A stretch of DNA of 64,000 nucleotides from Tagaea sp. (GCA_965228135.1 OZ245798.1:1803037-1867036); one strand, 5' to 3'. Counted from the first letter of the stretch, positions 26,513 to 37,666 are shown. Notes: generated by a model not told the origin, from the letters alone. Made by a program: numbers and translations.

Positions 26513-26998
26513 CTAGCCCCGGATATGCAGCACGCAGATCAGCGTGAACAAGCGGCGCGCGGTGTTGTGGTCCATCACCATCCTGCCCTCCAGCCGGTCG
26601 CGCAAAAGCTGGGAGCCTTCGTTGTGGACGGCGCGCCGCCCCATATCGAGCGCTTCGATCTGCGAAGGCGAAAGCCGCTTGATCGCGTCGTAATAGCTTT
26701 CGCAGACGGTGAAGTAGTCCTTGATCGTGGTGCGAAACGGCGAGAGCGGCAGCGGATGCTTGTCGATCGCCGCCCCCGCTTCGGTCTTCAGGTCGAAGAT
26801 CAGGCGGTTTTCTTCGATCGACAAGGCGAGTTGATACGGGCCCGGCGGACCGCCGACCAATTCGAACTCGTTCTCGTCGAGCAGATCGAAAATCGCGACC
26901 GTGCGCTCGTGCTCGATATCCGCGTTGCGGCGCACGCGCAGATTCTCGGCCAGGTCGATCTTGCAGATGCGATTGCGCTTCTCGCCCGACCCGTCCAT
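26513..26998 (-). CDS. UPF0262-family protein (conserved alphaproteobacterial)
   Basis: HERTVAIFDLLDENEFELVG...FDLKTE pattern typical of UPF0262. Confidence 0.6.
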   Translation of the reverse strand: MDGSGEKRNRICKIDLAENLRVRRNADIEHERTVAIFDLLDENEFELVGGPPGPYQLALSIEENRLIFDLKTEAGAAIDKHPLPLSPFRTTIKDYFTVCESYYDAIKRLSPSQIEALDMGRRAVHNEGSQLLRDRLEGRMVMDHNTARRLFTLICVLHIRG

Positions 26999-27002
26999 CG
27001 CG

Positions 27003-28304
27003 TTATCTCCGTTTGGCGCGCGCCCTTATGGAAAGCGACCGCGCATGCGAGGCGAGACCCTCGGCCAGCGCCAAGATCGTCCCGTCGCCCGCAAGCCGCG
27101 CGAGGCCCTTTTCGTCGGCGCCGATCAGCGTCGTGCGCTTCATGAAGTCGGACGTGCCGAGGCCCGAGGAGAACCGCGCCGTACGACTGGTCGGCAGTAC
27201 GTGGTTCGGCCCCGCGAGATAATCGCCCAAAGCCTCGGGCGTGTGCACGCCCAGGAAAATCGCCCCGGCGTGGCGGATCTTGCGCGACAAGGCTTCCGCG
27301 TTTTTGCACGCGAGCTGCAAATGCTCGGGCGCCAAGCGATCGACCAGATCGACCGCATCGGCGAGTTTGCGCACCACGACGATCGCGCCGTGATCGCGCC
27401 ACGAAGCATCCGCGATTTCGCGGCGCGGATGGGTGGCGAGTTCGCCGTCCACCGCATCGGACACGGCGGCGGCGAATTTCGCGTCGTCGGTGATCAACAC
27501 CGACTGTGCGGCGGCGTCGTGTTCGGCTTGGGCCAGCAGATCGACCGCGATCCAGCGCGGATCGGCGGATTTATCGGCGACGATGCAGACTTCCGACGGG
27601 CCTGCGATCAGATCGATGCCGACTGTGCCGAACACCATGCGCTTGGCGGCGGCGACATAGGCATTGCCGGGCCCGGTGATCTTGTCGACGGGTGCGATGG
27701 TCTTGGTGCCGAACGCCAAAGCGGCGACCGCTTGCGCCCCGCCCACGCGATAGATCTCGTCCACGCCCGCGATATCGCACGCCGCGAGCACCAAAGGTTC
27801 GATATGGCCGCCGGGGGCCGGCACGGTCACGACCAAGCGCTTCACGCCCGCGACCTTCGCCGGGATCGCGTTCATCAGCACCGAGGACGGATACGCCGCC
27901 TTGCCGCCGGGCACGTAAAGCCCCGCCGCATCCAGGGCGGTCCAGCGCCAACCCAGCGACACGCCGGTCTTGTCGGTCCAGCGCGCCCCTTCGGGCTTCA
28001 TGCGCTTATGGAACGCGGCGATGCGCGCGGCCGCGACTTCCAATGCTTTCAACGCGGGCTTCGAACAGGCTTTGCGCGCGCGCGCGATTTCGGCGGCCGA
28101 TACGCGCATCGTTTTGGGCGTCAGCGTCAGCCGGTCGAAACGCTTTGTGTAGTCGATCAACGCCGCGTCGCCGCGCTTGCGCACATCGGCGACGATCTTC
28201 GCCGCCGCCGTATCGGCATCGCTGGCGGAGTCCTCGCGCGACGCCAGCAACGAAGCGAAGCCACGCGCGAAACCGGGTTTCGACGCGTCGAGCTTACGCG
28301 GCAC
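27003..28304 (-). CDS. hisD: histidinol dehydrogenase
   Basis: Full-length HisD-like sequence, e.g. [16 protein letters not shown] and [14 protein letters not shown]. Confidence 0.95.
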   Translation of the reverse strand: MPRKLDASKPGFARGFASLLASREDSASDADTAAAKIVADVRKRGDAALIDYTKRFDRLTLTPKTMRVSAAEIARARKACSKPALKALEVAAARIAAFHKRMKPEGARWTDKTGVSLGWRWTALDAAGLYVPGGKAAYPSSVLMNAIPAKVAGVKRLVVTVPAPGGHIEPLVLAACDIAGVDEIYRVGGAQAVAALAFGTKTIAPVDKITGPGNAYVAAAKRMVFGTVGIDLIAGPSEVCIVADKSADPRWIAVDLLAQAEHDAAAQSVLITDDAKFAAAVSDAVDGELATHPRREIADASWRDHGAIVVVRKLADAVDLVDRLAPEHLQLACKNAEALSRKIRHAGAIFLGVHTPEALGDYLAGPNHVLPTSRTARFSSGLGTSDFMKRTTLIGADEKGLARLAGDGTILALAEGLASHARSLSIRARAKRR

Positions 28305-28956
28305 GGACGACCTCCGCGATGCGATCGACCAGCGGGGCGATCTGCGCGTGGCGAGTTTTCAGCGCCGCGCGGTTGACGATCAGGCGCGACGTGACGTCGG
28401 CGATACGCTCGATCTCGACCAAGCCGTTGGCTTTTAGCGTGGCGCCGGTCGACACCAGATCGACGATGCGGCGCGCGACACCCAAGGCCGGGGCGAGTTC
28501 GATGGCGCCGTTCAGCTTGATGCATTCGGCATGCACGCCGCGGCGCGCGAAATGCTTGCGCGCGACGTTGGGATATTTCGTCGCGACGCGCACATGCGAC
28601 CAGCGGCGCGGATCGTCGCTGCCCGCGAGTTCCACGGGCTCGGCGACCGCGAGATGGCATTTGCCGATGCGCAGATCGAGCGGCGCGTAGATTTCGGGAT
28701 AGTCGAATTCCACGATCACGTCGTCGCCCGCCACGCCGATATGCGCCGCGCCGAACGCCACGAAGGTCGCGACGTCGAACGCGCGCGCGCGCACGATGTC
28801 GAGACCGGGATCGTCGGTCTTGAAGCGCAGCAGGCGCGTATTCGGATCGTCGAATTCGGGCTCAGGCGTGATCCCGGCGCGGCGCAGCAGCGGCATCACC
28901 TCTTTGAGGATGCGGCCATTGGGCAGGGCCAGGACGAGTTTTTCGTTGGGATTCAA
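28294..28956 (-). CDS. hisG: ATP phosphoribosyltransferase (short form)
   Basis: [13 protein letters not shown]...[13 protein letters not shown]...[14 protein letters not shown]. Confidence 0.9.
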   Translation of the reverse strand: MNPNEKLVLALPNGRILKEVMPLLRRAGITPEPEFDDPNTRLLRFKTDDPGLDIVRARAFDVATFVAFGAAHIGVAGDDVIVEFDYPEIYAPLDLRIGKCHLAVAEPVELAGSDDPRRWSHVRVATKYPNVARKHFARRGVHAECIKLNGAIELAPALGVARRIVDLVSTGATLKANGLVEIERIADVTSRLIVNRAALKTRHAQIAPLVDRIAEVVRAA

Positions 28957-29041
28957 GGTTCACAACACTCCGGATTGCGGCGGTTATAACCGCCGGCGGC
29001 CGGGCTGTCATGGCACGGAAAAAGGCGGTCAGTTCAAATGG

Positions 29042-29530
29042 TTAGGCGACCGAATGTCGCGGGCGCCATTGCGTGGGCCAGGGTTCGCCCAGATCGCGCA
29101 TCAGGCAGGCGATCGCCTTGCCTTCCAAACGCAGCTTCGCGTCGCCCGCGAACACGATCGTGACGGCGCCGTCCTGCGCATCGATCGTCAGCAATTCGAG
29201 CACCTTGCCGCGATCCTTCTGATCGAGGCCCTTGCAGCGCACGGCCTCGACGCCCTGGAAATGGATCGCGCAATTGACGCGCTCGTAATTGGCGCACGGC
29301 AGGAAGGCGATATCGGGCACGTCGTCGGGCGTGGGCGTTTGGGCGTCCGGCGCGCTTTCCCACGTCTTGTCGCAATTTTCCCAGCGGAAGCGATTGGCGA
29401 CGAGCACGAATTCCTTCTGACCCGCTTCGAACTTCATGTCGGCGAGCGGGATCAGCGCATCCTGAAGACAGGCGGCGACGATGCGAAAATCCTCCGCATC
29501 CGTCGCCTTCAGCTTCAGGCACTCGCCCAT
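29042..29530 (-). CDS. conserved hypothetical protein (DUF2948-like, alphaproteobacterial murA neighbour)
   Basis: The real CDS is the 162-aa C-terminal part ([35 protein letters not shown]...) of a 469-aa track ORF. Its start overlaps the murA stop (ATGA). Confidence 0.5.
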   Translation of the reverse strand: MGECLKLKATDAEDFRIVAACLQDALIPLADMKFEAGQKEFVLVANRFRWENCDKTWESAPDAQTPTPDDVPDIAFLPCANYERVNCAIHFQGVEAVRCKGLDQKDRGKVLELLTIDAQDGAVTIVFAGDAKLRLEGKAIACLMRDLGEPWPTQWRPRHSVA

Positions 29531-30819
29531 CACGCGGCTTCCTTGACCCGTTCGATATCCGCCCCGCACGCGGCGAGCTTGGCTTCCAAACGCTCGTAGC
29601 CGCGATCGAGGTGATAGACGCGATTGACGATCGTTTCGCCCTGCGCGACCAGGCCGGCGATGACCAGCGATACCGAGGCGCGCAGATCGGTCGCCATCAC
29701 CGGCGCACCGGTGAGCTTCGGCACGCCGCGCACCATGGCCGAGCCGCCATGGAGATTGATATTGGCGCCCATGCGGCGCAATTCGGGAACGTGCATGAAG
29801 CGGTTCTCGAAGATCGTTTCGGTGATCATCGAAGCGCCTTCGGCCGTGGTCAACAGCGCCATCATCTGCGCTTGAAGATCGGTCGGGAAGCCGGGGAACG
29901 GCTCGGTCATCACATCCACGCCGACCAGCGGCGCGTTGGTCCGGCGCACCCGGATCCCGCGCGGCGTATCCTCGATCGTCACACCCGCTTGGGTCAGCAC
30001 CGTCGCGGCCGAGGCGATCAGATCGCTGCGCCCGCCGATCAACTCGACGTCGCCGCCGGTCGCCGCCGCCGCCATCGCATAGGTGCCGAGTTCGATCCGG
30101 TCGGGCAGGATCGAATGCGTCGTGCCCGACAATTTCGTGCCGCCATGGATCGTCAGCGTATCGGTATCCACACCTTCGATCTTGGCGCCCATCGCGATCA
30201 GGCAGCGGGCAAGATCGCCGATCTCCGGCTCGCGCGCCGCGTTCGACAGCACGGTCGTACCCTTGGCGAGGGTCGCGGCCATCATCAAATTTTCGGTCGC
30301 CCCCACCGAGATGAACGGGAACACGAAACGCGCGCCTTTCAACCCGCCGGGGGCGAGCGCTTCGACATAGCCTTCGCGCAGTTCGATCTTGGCGCCGAGC
30401 GCTTCGAGTCCTTTGAGATGCAGATCGACCGGGCGCGCACCGATGGCGCAACCGCCGGGCAGCGAGACCTTCGCCTTGCCTTCGCGCGCGACCAGCGGCC
30501 CCAGCACCAGGATCGAGGCGCGCATCTTGCGCACCAGATCGTATTCGGCCGTGGTGCTCGCAATATTGCGCGCGGTCAGCGCCAGCACGCGACCTTGATG
30601 GCCGCCTTCGGCATGGCCGTCCAAGGCGATCTCAACGCCCAGCGTGCCGAGCAGATTGGCGAGGGTAGTGATGTCGGCGAGATGGGGAATATTGGCCAGA
30701 CGCAACGTCTCGTCCGTCAACAGGCTCGCCGCCATCAAAGGCAGGGCCGCATTCTTCGCCCCACCGACCGGGATGCTGCCGACGAGGGCCTTGCCCCCGC
30801 GAATACGAATTCTGTCCAT
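29530..30819 (-). CDS. murA: UDP-N-acetylglucosamine 1-carboxyvinyltransferase
   Basis: Canonical MurA throughout ([14 protein letters not shown], active-site region [15 protein letters not shown]). Confidence 0.95.
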   Translation of the reverse strand: MDRIRIRGGKALVGSIPVGGAKNAALPLMAASLLTDETLRLANIPHLADITTLANLLGTLGVEIALDGHAEGGHQGRVLALTARNIASTTAEYDLVRKMRASILVLGPLVAREGKAKVSLPGGCAIGARPVDLHLKGLEALGAKIELREGYVEALAPGGLKGARFVFPFISVGATENLMMAATLAKGTTVLSNAAREPEIGDLARCLIAMGAKIEGVDTDTLTIHGGTKLSGTTHSILPDRIELGTYAMAAAATGGDVELIGGRSDLIASAATVLTQAGVTIEDTPRGIRVRRTNAPLVGVDVMTEPFPGFPTDLQAQMMALLTTAEGASMITETIFENRFMHVPELRRMGANINLHGGSAMVRGVPKLTGAPVMATDLRASVSLVIAGLVAQGETIVNRVYHLDRGYERLEAKLAACGADIERVKEAA

Positions 30820-30893
30820 GAGCCTCGTCGCCAACCGCGTTTGAAATCTCTTACCCCGCGGTTGTGGCGAAATCCAGGCCGCTTTGGGGAATC

Positions 30894-31583
30894 CTAGAAA
30901 CCGGCGCCCGGCTTGGACAAATAGGCCTTTTCGGCCTCGGTGCTCGCCCGCCCCAGGATCGCATTTCGATGCGGGAATCGGCCGAATTCGGCGATCACGG
31001 CGCGATGCTTATGGGCGTAATCGACGACGTTCGCGCGCCACGGCGTTTCGGGCAAAGCTTCCATCAGGACGCAGGCTTCGTCCTGCGCGGCGCGGTCCTC
31101 GGCATGCTCGAACGGCAGATAGACGAACATCCGCGCGACCGGATCGAGCGTGCGGTCGAAACCCTTGGCGACCGTCGCGCGCGCGGCCGCCAGCGCCATC
31201 GCGTCGCTCGCGAAGGCTTGCGGCGTGCCGCGATGGAGATTGCGCGGCGCCTGGTCGAGCAGAAGGATGAGGGCGAGCGAGCCCTCCTCCGTATCGAGCC
31301 ACGCTTTGAGCTCGTCCTTCGCCGCACGCTCGGCCAAGGCCCCGAGCTTCGCGCGGCATTCGGCGTCGAACGCATCGTCCTTCGCGAACCACGCTTTGCG
31401 GAATTCGCCGGGCTCGCCCGCGAACCAGAAATCGAGAACGCCGCGGATCGCCGCTTCGGTTTCGGCCGCTTCGCGCCCGCGCGCCTGGGCTTTGCGTTTG
31501 CGCAAATTCATGCGCAACGCTTCGGCCTCGCGCGTCTTGCGCCGCGCCTCTTCGAGCTGGGCGTGCAGGTTCTTCGCGGTCAT
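30894..31583 (-). CDS. DUF924-family protein
   Basis: [11 protein letters not shown]...YLPFEHAED...[23 protein letters not shown]. It is the C-terminal 229 aa of an over-extended track ORF, and its start overlaps the MFS stop (ATGA). Confidence 0.7.
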   Translation of the reverse strand: MTAKNLHAQLEEARRKTREAEALRMNLRKRKAQARGREAAETEAAIRGVLDFWFAGEPGEFRKAWFAKDDAFDAECRAKLGALAERAAKDELKAWLDTEEGSLALILLLDQAPRNLHRGTPQAFASDAMALAAARATVAKGFDRTLDPVARMFVYLPFEHAEDRAAQDEACVLMEALPETPWRANVVDYAHKHRAVIAEFGRFPHRNAILGRASTEAEKAYLSKPGAGF

Positions 31584-32788
31584 GGGCGGGGCGCCAATCG
31601 GTTCGCCAGGAACGCGAGCGTCGAGCAGCCCGCCATCACCGCGCACATCGGCAAGGCGGTGCCGTTGTCGAACAGCCCGGCGAGCACGCTGGTGAGCGCG
31701 CCCACGCCGAATTGCAACGCGCCCGCCAAGGCCGAAGCGGCACCGGCGATATGCGGGAACGGCGACATGGCGCCGGCCATCGAATTCGCGCCGATCATGC
31801 CCATCGTCGCCATCAGCAGGAAGATCGTCACGACCAGCCCGGCGAGACCGCCGAAGCCCGTGACACCGACGGCAAGGATCGCCAATCCCACGAACAACGC
31901 CACCGTATGGCCGAAGCGCAAGGTGCGATCGAGCCCGAAGCGCGGCATGAAGCGGCCGTTGAGCGTGCTCGACAGCATCATCGCGATCACGTTCAGCCCG
32001 AACAGGAAGCCGTAATATTGCGGCGGCACGCCGAAGATCTCGATGTAAACGAAAGGCGTGCCGGCGATATAGGCGAACATGGCGCCGAAGAAGAACGCGC
32101 CGCCGAACGCGTAGGACAGGAATCGGCGGTTGAACGCGAGTTCCGTATAGGCCGCCAGGATCGAGCGCCAATGCGCCGAGCGGCGTTTGTCGTCGCCATG
32201 CGTTTCCGGGATCTTGAACAGCACCGACAGCACGATCAGGGTGGCGATCACCAGCACGACGAAAATCGCGCGCCAGCCCAGCCACAACTCGATCATGCCG
32301 CCGATCATCGGGGCCAGCATCGGGGCCGCCCCCATCACCAGCATCATCATCGACATCATCACGCCCGCGCGCTCGCGATCGAACACGTCGCGCACCATCG
32401 CGCGTACCATGACCGGCGTCACGCACGCCCCCACCGCCTGCAGGAAGCGCGCGGCGATCAGAAAATCGTTGTTGGGCGCCAGGGCCGCCGCGATCGACCC
32501 GGCGGCGAAGATCAGCAATCCCGCGACCGCGGGCCAACGGCGGCCGAACCGATCGCCGATCGGGCCCCAAACGAGTTGCCCCACCCCGAAGCCGGCGAAG
32601 AAAACGCCAAGGGTCAGCTGCACCTCGTGCTGGCTGGCCCCGAATTCGCGCCCGATCGCCGGCAAGGCCGGCAGATACATGTCGACCGAGAGCGGGGTCA
32701 GGCCCATCAACCCGCCCAGAACGGCCACGAAAACCCTGTCGCCCGGCCAGGGACTCGGCCGAGGCCCACCTTCCAACGCCTTGAACAT
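31580..32788 (-). CDS. MFS transporter, Bcr/CflA drug-efflux family
   Basis: 12-TM protein with GxLaDrfGRR-like motif (GPIGDRFGRRW). Confidence 0.85.
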   Translation of the reverse strand: MFKALEGGPRPSPWPGDRVFVAVLGGLMGLTPLSVDMYLPALPAIGREFGASQHEVQLTLGVFFAGFGVGQLVWGPIGDRFGRRWPAVAGLLIFAAGSIAAALAPNNDFLIAARFLQAVGACVTPVMVRAMVRDVFDRERAGVMMSMMMLVMGAAPMLAPMIGGMIELWLGWRAIFVVLVIATLIVLSVLFKIPETHGDDKRRSAHWRSILAAYTELAFNRRFLSYAFGGAFFFGAMFAYIAGTPFVYIEIFGVPPQYYGFLFGLNVIAMMLSSTLNGRFMPRFGLDRTLRFGHTVALFVGLAILAVGVTGFGGLAGLVVTIFLLMATMGMIGANSMAGAMSPFPHIAGAASALAGALQFGVGALTSVLAGLFDNGTALPMCAVMAGCSTLAFLANRLAPRP

Positions 32789-32811
32789 GGTGTGCGTTGT
32801 AGGCCGCGCGA

Positions 32812-33687
32812 TTAGATCGCGTCGAGCGGGATTTTCAGATAGCGCGTGCCGTTGGCCTCGGGCGGCGGCAATTCGCCCGCCCGAATATTGACCTGGATCG
32901 AGGGCAGCAGCAGCACGGGGGCCGCCAGCGTCTTGTCGCGGGTTTCCCGCAGTTTCACGAAGGAATCCTCGTCGATCCCGTCGCGGACATGGATATTCCC
33001 CGCGCGCTGTTCGGCCACGGTCGTGGACATGCGCGGCCCTCGCGTTTCCGGGGGATAGTCATGGCAGACATGCAGGATCGTATCGCCCGGCAACGCCAAA
33101 ACACGCCGGATCGAGCGATACAGCGTGCGCGCGTCGCCGCCGGGAAAGTCGCAGCGTGCCGTGCCCAGATCGGGCATGAACATCGTGTCGCCCAGGAAGA
33201 TTTGCGCCGGCCCTTCGCCCGTTTCCAGCGCCAGCATGGTGCAGGACGGCGTATGGCCGGGCGTGCTCCATACCGTGAATTTCGCGGCGCCCAATTCGAT
33301 CGTATCGCCTTCCGCGAGCAGGCGATCGAATTGCCGCCCGTCGACCGGGAAATCGGGGCCGAAATTGAAAATCCGTGCCCAGGTCACCTGCACTTTGCCG
33401 ACCCGCGTTCCCGTCGCGATCTTGGCGCCGTAGCGATGCTTGAACCAGGATGCCGCCGACAGATGATCGGCATGGGCGTGGGTTTCGATTGCCCAGTCCA
33501 ACGTGCAATCGCCGATTAAGGCGGCGAGTTTTTCCGCCGTCGCGGTCGAAATTCGACCCGATTTGGGATCGAAATCGAGAACCGGATCGATTACCGCCGC
33601 ACGGCGCGCCTTGCGATCGGCGACGACATAGCCGACCGTCCCCGTGACGGGATCGAAAATCGCATCGACGGTGATCGCGTGCGCCAT
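32812..33687 (-). CDS. MBL-fold metallo-hydrolase, persulfide dioxygenase (ETHE1)-like
   Basis: ETHAHADH metal motif; GDTMFMPDLGTARCDFPGGDARTLYRSIRRVLALPGDTILHVCHDY parallels ETHE1 GDTLF..GRTDF...TLY.S....LPGD..LYPGHDY. Confidence 0.65.
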   Translation of the reverse strand: MAHAITVDAIFDPVTGTVGYVVADRKARRAAVIDPVLDFDPKSGRISTATAEKLAALIGDCTLDWAIETHAHADHLSAASWFKHRYGAKIATGTRVGKVQVTWARIFNFGPDFPVDGRQFDRLLAEGDTIELGAAKFTVWSTPGHTPSCTMLALETGEGPAQIFLGDTMFMPDLGTARCDFPGGDARTLYRSIRRVLALPGDTILHVCHDYPPETRGPRMSTTVAEQRAGNIHVRDGIDEDSFVKLRETRDKTLAAPVLLLPSIQVNIRAGELPPPEANGTRYLKIPLDAI

Positions 33688-33747
33688 GGCGGGGCCCCTT
33701 GAACTTTAGAATTCTCTAATATATATCTCAGCCCGAGGAGAGAAACA

Positions 33748-34278
33748 ATGTCCGATCCCGTCCGCGAAGTCGACGCCCCCACCCTCAAATCCTGGCTGGA
33801 GCGCGGCGAGGCCGTGCTGGTCGACGTGCGCGAGGAAAACGAGTTCGCGCGCGAAAGCATTCCGGGCGCCACGTTGGTGCCGTTGTCGAAATTCGATCCG
33901 GCGCAAGTTCCCGCCGCGAACGGCAAGAAGCTGGTCGTGCATTGCCTCTCCGGCAAACGCTCGGCCAATGCGCAAGCCCAGCTCGCCAAAGCCGGCATCG
34001 ACGCGATCAACTTCGCCGGCGGCATCATGGGCTGGAAAGCGGCGGGCTATCCGATCCGCGAAAACAAGTCGGCTCCCCTGCCGATCATGCGCCAAGTGCA
34101 GATCGCGGCGGGTTCGCTGGTGCTGATCGGCGCGGTGCTCGGCACCTTCGCGCATCCGGGCTTCTACGGATTGTCCGCCTTCGTCGGCGCGGGTCTCGTT
34201 TTCGCGGGCGCCACCGGCTGGTGCGGCATGGCCAGCGTGCTGGGCCTTTTGCCGTATAACCGCGCTTCCAAGGGCTGA
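33748..34278 (+). CDS. rhodanese-domain sulfurtransferase fused to a DUF2892 (YgaP-like) membrane domain
   Basis: Active-site CLSGKRS; two C-terminal TM helices. Confidence 0.8.
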   Translation: MSDPVREVDAPTLKSWLERGEAVLVDVREENEFARESIPGATLVPLSKFDPAQVPAANGKKLVVHCLSGKRSANAQAQLAKAGIDAINFAGGIMGWKAAGYPIRENKSAPLPIMRQVQIAAGSLVLIGAVLGTFAHPGFYGLSAFVGAGLVFAGATGWCGMASVLGLLPYNRASKG

Positions 34279-34333
34279 CACGGGCTGTTAGGCTTGTCCG
34301 CAATGAAACGCGTTTCTTGCGGAAGTTGTTGAA

Positions 34334-35248
34334 ATGCCCTTCACCTTAAGCGGCGGCGAAATCGTTCTGATCGCGCTGGCGATCTTCTTCCTCGGCTTCG
34401 CGGCGACGGCGATCAAGATCGTCCCGCAATCCGAGGAATATATCGTCGAGCAATTCGGCAAATATGTCGGCACGCTGAAAGCGGGTCTGCATTTCGTGCT
34501 GCCGATCGTCAACCATGTCGCGCACAAGGTCAGCGTCCTCGAGCGTCAGCTCGAACCGCAGCAGATCAGCGTCATCACCAAGGACAATGTCGAGATCAGC
34601 CTGACGACGGCAGTGTTCTTCCGCATCGTCGACGCGTCCAAATCCGTCTATCGCATCTCGAACGTCGATCAGGCGGTCAAGACGACGGTGACCAGCATCG
34701 TGCGCTCGACCTGCGGCCAGCTGGAATTCGACGAAATCCAATCGCGCCGCGACCATATCAACGAACAGATCAAAGCGTCGCTCGGCGAAGCCTGCGGCGT
34801 GTGGGGCATCGAGATCACACGCACCGAAGTGCTCGACGTGTCGGTCGACAGCGCCACGCGCACCGCCATGCAGCAGCAATTGAACGCCGAGCGCGAACGC
34901 CGGGCGGCCGTCACCAAAGCCGAAGGCGACCGCCAAGCGCAGCAATTGAAGGCGGACGGCGAGCTTTACACCGCGCAAAAACACGCCGAGGGGCGCCGCG
35001 TTCTGGCCGATGCCGAAGCCTATGCCACGCGCACGGTGGGCGATTCGATCCGCGACAACGGCCAAGCCGCGATCGATTTCGAAATCCGCAAGAAGCAGAT
35101 CGAAGGCCTGACCGAACTCGGCCGCTCGCCCAACACCAAGCTGCTGGTCTTGCCGACCGACGTGACCCAAACCTTGGGCACGGTCGCGGCGGTCGTCGAA
35201 GCGCTGAAAGACGGCCCCGCCGGAAAGGCCTCGCCGTGGAAATCTTAG
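34334..35248 (+). CDS. SPFH/band-7 (stomatin-like) protein
   Basis: N-terminal TM plus SPFH domain (IVPQSEEYIVEQFGKY...VITKDNVEISLTTAVFFRI). Confidence 0.85.
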   Translation: MPFTLSGGEIVLIALAIFFLGFAATAIKIVPQSEEYIVEQFGKYVGTLKAGLHFVLPIVNHVAHKVSVLERQLEPQQISVITKDNVEISLTTAVFFRIVDASKSVYRISNVDQAVKTTVTSIVRSTCGQLEFDEIQSRRDHINEQIKASLGEACGVWGIEITRTEVLDVSVDSATRTAMQQQLNAERERRAAVTKAEGDRQAQQLKADGELYTAQKHAEGRRVLADAEAYATRTVGDSIRDNGQAAIDFEIRKKQIEGLTELGRSPNTKLLVLPTDVTQTLGTVAAVVEALKDGPAGKASPWKS

Positions 35249-35511
35249 GCTGGGCGACCGGCAATCCCACGATCCTCTGGGCGCTGGTCGGGATCGGTTT
35301 TCTGCTGGTCGAACTCGCCGTGCCCGGCGGGTTCTTCCTATCCTTCGCCCTCGCCGGATTTCTGACCGCGCTGGCCGCTTACGCCGGCTGGATCGGTGGC
35401 GGCGTGATGCCGCTGCTGGTGTTCGCGATTTTGGGGGCGGCAACGATCATCCCGCTGCGCCGCCTGCTCGCGCGGCTGCGCCCGCAGGCGAAAGACATCA
35501 ACGATTACTAA
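35236..35511 (+). CDS. NfeD-like small membrane protein (stomatin operon partner)
   Basis: A GTG start overlaps the SPFH 3' end; two TM segments. It is shorter than typical NfeD proteins. Confidence 0.5.
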   Translation: MEILGWATGNPTILWALVGIGFLLVELAVPGGFFLSFALAGFLTALAAYAGWIGGGVMPLLVFAILGAATIIPLRRLLARLRPQAKDINDY

Positions 35512-35894
35512 TCGGGGCTGCGGCCCAAGGCGCGCAGCGCTTCGCGCGTGCGCTCGATCTCGTCCTGGATGACGCGGCGATAGGCTTCGTAGAGCCCGGG
35601 CGGAATATTGTCGAACGTGCCGGTCTGGCTCGCGCGCAATTGCGCCAAGCGGCGCTCGAGGCGGAACACTTGCGCGGCGTTGTCGTCCGCGCGCCCCGCT
35701 TCCAATCGCGTGACGATCGACGCCAAGCGCTCGCGCAACGCCTTTCGCATGTCTTCGTCCAGCGGCCGGTCGAGCAGGACTTCCATCTGCGCCGCGAGTT
35801 TCTCGAATTCGAAACGCACATCGACCGGCGGGCGCTGCTCCTGCGCAAGCGCCGGCATCGCAATTAGCGCAAGAAGGAGGGCCAGCGCCCTCAT
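35508..35894 (-). CDS. hypothetical secreted/periplasmic protein
   Basis: Signal peptide MRALALLLALIAMPALA; the real CDS is the C-terminal 128 aa of an over-extended track ORF. Confidence 0.5.
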   Translation of the reverse strand: MRALALLLALIAMPALAQEQRPPVDVRFEFEKLAAQMEVLLDRPLDEDMRKALRERLASIVTRLEAGRADDNAAQVFRLERRLAQLRASQTGTFDNIPPGLYEAYRRVIQDEIERTREALRALGRSPD

Positions 35895-36538
35895 GTGCCT
35901 TTGGCGTGATGGTAGACGTGCCACAGAAACAAGGCGCCGGCCGAACGATGCGGGCGCCAGGCCTCGCCCAATTTGCGCAAGCGCTTCTCGTCGGGGCGGC
36001 TGCGCAGATTCTTCAAAATGCGCATCGCTTCCTGCAAGGCGAGATCGTTGCCCGGCCAGATATCGGGCCGGCGCATCGCGAACAGCAGATAGATCTCCGC
36101 ACTCCAGCGGCCGAGGCCCTTCAACTGCGTGATCGTCGCGATCGCTTCTTCGTCCTCCGCCACATGCAGATCGTCGAAATTCAGCGTGCCCGACACGACC
36201 GCTTCGGCAAGGCCCCGGATATACGAGGCCTTCTGCCGCGACAGGCCCATCGTCCGCAGCCCTTCGTCGGGCGTTTCGATGACGCGGATCGGTTCCATCG
36301 CACCGAGCCCCGCTTCGAGCTTGTTCCAAATGCCCGTCGCGGCCGCGACCGAAACCTGCTGCGCCACGATGGCGCGCGCGAAACCGACGAAGCCGATCGG
36401 CCGCGCGCGCGGCTTGGGATAGCCGATGCGCGGCAGCCATTCGGCGACATGCGGATCGAGCGCGGCAAGCTGATCGATGCCCCGGCGCAGATCGCGCCGC
36501 GCCTTCGCTTCCGAGACGGTTTGGAGCTGCGGGGGCAT
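35891..36538 (-). CDS. DNA-3-methyladenine glycosylase II-like (HhH-GPD family)
   Basis: HhH-GPD motif region LKGLGRWSAEIYLLFAM....D. Confidence 0.75.
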   Translation of the reverse strand: MPPQLQTVSEAKARRDLRRGIDQLAALDPHVAEWLPRIGYPKPRARPIGFVGFARAIVAQQVSVAAATGIWNKLEAGLGAMEPIRVIETPDEGLRTMGLSRQKASYIRGLAEAVVSGTLNFDDLHVAEDEEAIATITQLKGLGRWSAEIYLLFAMRRPDIWPGNDLALQEAMRILKNLRSRPDEKRLRKLGEAWRPHRSAGALFLWHVYHHAKGT

Positions 36539-36550
36539 AGCGGCCGGGCG

Positions 36551-37666
36551 TCAGGCGTGCGTGTGGCTCAACGTGTCGGTCAGCGTCGTCAAGCGCGCGA
36601 GCAGATAATCCGCCGTATCCGGATCGGCGTCGTCGACCTTGGTCAACACGCGCTCGATCATCTTGCGCCGGAAGCGTTCGCGATCGGCGGGGCCGCCGTC
36701 ATATTGCGTTTCCAGCGCGACTTCGAGGGCTGCCTTCACCGCCGGATACAAAGCGGGCGGCATATAGGCGCGCTCGTAGATGTATTTGAGGCCGCCGGCC
36801 GGATCGTAGATTAGCTGGCGCGCGCGCTCGATCGGGAAATCGGCGCGCAAGGCAAGGCCGCGCTCGAACAAGAACAGATCGCCCATGCACAACGCGCGAA
36901 TGACGATGCCGGGATCGAGACGGCCGGTCGAGTGAAGCTGGGCGGCCAAGGCCGCGACATCCTGCTCGCCCGATTCCAATGATGTGCCGACGGTCGCGAT
37001 TTCGCGCGCACTGGCGGCGAGGCTGGCGGCGAGATCGGGCGACACGTCGTCGCGCGCGATCAGCTTTTCCTTGATCGATTCCGAGGCGAGCGCGTAGAGC
37101 TTTTCGAGGGCGCGCACCGGCAGCTTGCGCCGCAGGGCGAGTTTTTCCTGCACCAGCGACGCCTTGCCGTGCTTGTCGACCAGACGTTCGGCCGTCGCTT
37201 CCGACAAAGCCGCCCCGTCATTGCCGGCGAGCGTGGCGGCGACGCGCGTCGTGCCTTCGTCGACCAGCGTGCGCGCGACCGCGTCGGACACCGTCTTACG
37301 GCCGGCGATGGCGACCTGCTTTTCCTCGGACTGCGACTTCACGATCTCGACGAGTTCGGCGTCGGAGAAGGCGAGCGATTCGCGCAGCAGCGGCAATGCG
37401 ACGTCGTCGATATCCTTGGCGAGGGCGAGGCCCAAACCTTGCGGCAATTGCGGCGCGCTGCGCAGATGCTGGGCGAGCGCTTGGCGCACGGTCGCCATCG
37501 CGTCCTGCGCCATCAGCATCAGCACGTTTTCGGCTTCCGCGCGTTCCTTCGCCGACAAGCCGGTGTCGGAATAGACGGCGGCGACTTTCGCCGCCATCTC
37601 GGCGCGCGTCGCGGCGGATTGATCGTCCGCCAGTCGCGCGATGTCGGCTGGGGTGAGCTTGGCCAT
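36551..37666 (-). CDS. DUF2336-family protein
   Basis: About 370-aa helical-repeat protein; the start is taken at MAKLTPADIARL. Confidence 0.45.
   Translation of the reverse strand: MAKLTPADIARLADDQSAATRAEMAAKVAAVYSDTGLSAKERAEAENVLMLMAQDAMATVRQALAQHLRSAPQLPQGLGLALAKDIDDVALPLLRESLAFSDAELVEIVKSQSEEKQVAIAGRKTVSDAVARTLVDEGTTRVAATLAGNDGAALSEATAERLVDKHGKASLVQEKLALRRKLPVRALEKLYALASESIKEKLIARDDVSPDLAASLAASAREIATVGTSLESGEQDVAALAAQLHSTGRLDPGIVIRALCMGDLFLFERGLALRADFPIERARQLIYDPAGGLKYIYERAYMPPALYPAVKAALEVALETQYDGGPADRERFRRKMIERVLTKVDDADPDTADYLLARLTTLTDTLSHTHA

Noticed and set aside
29042-30451. 469-aa minus-strand ORF spanning the DUF2948-like gene and murA
   Set aside because: Only the last 162 aa (29042-29530) are protein-like. 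The rest is an out-of-frame overlap of murA.
30864-32815. Plus-strand ORFs antisense to DUF924 and the MFS transporter (30864-32015, 31712-32815)
   Set aside because: R/H-rich antisense artefacts.
34346-35443. 365-aa minus-strand ORF antisense to the SPFH gene
   Set aside because: The SPFH plus-strand reading has a clear domain; the minus frame is R-rich.
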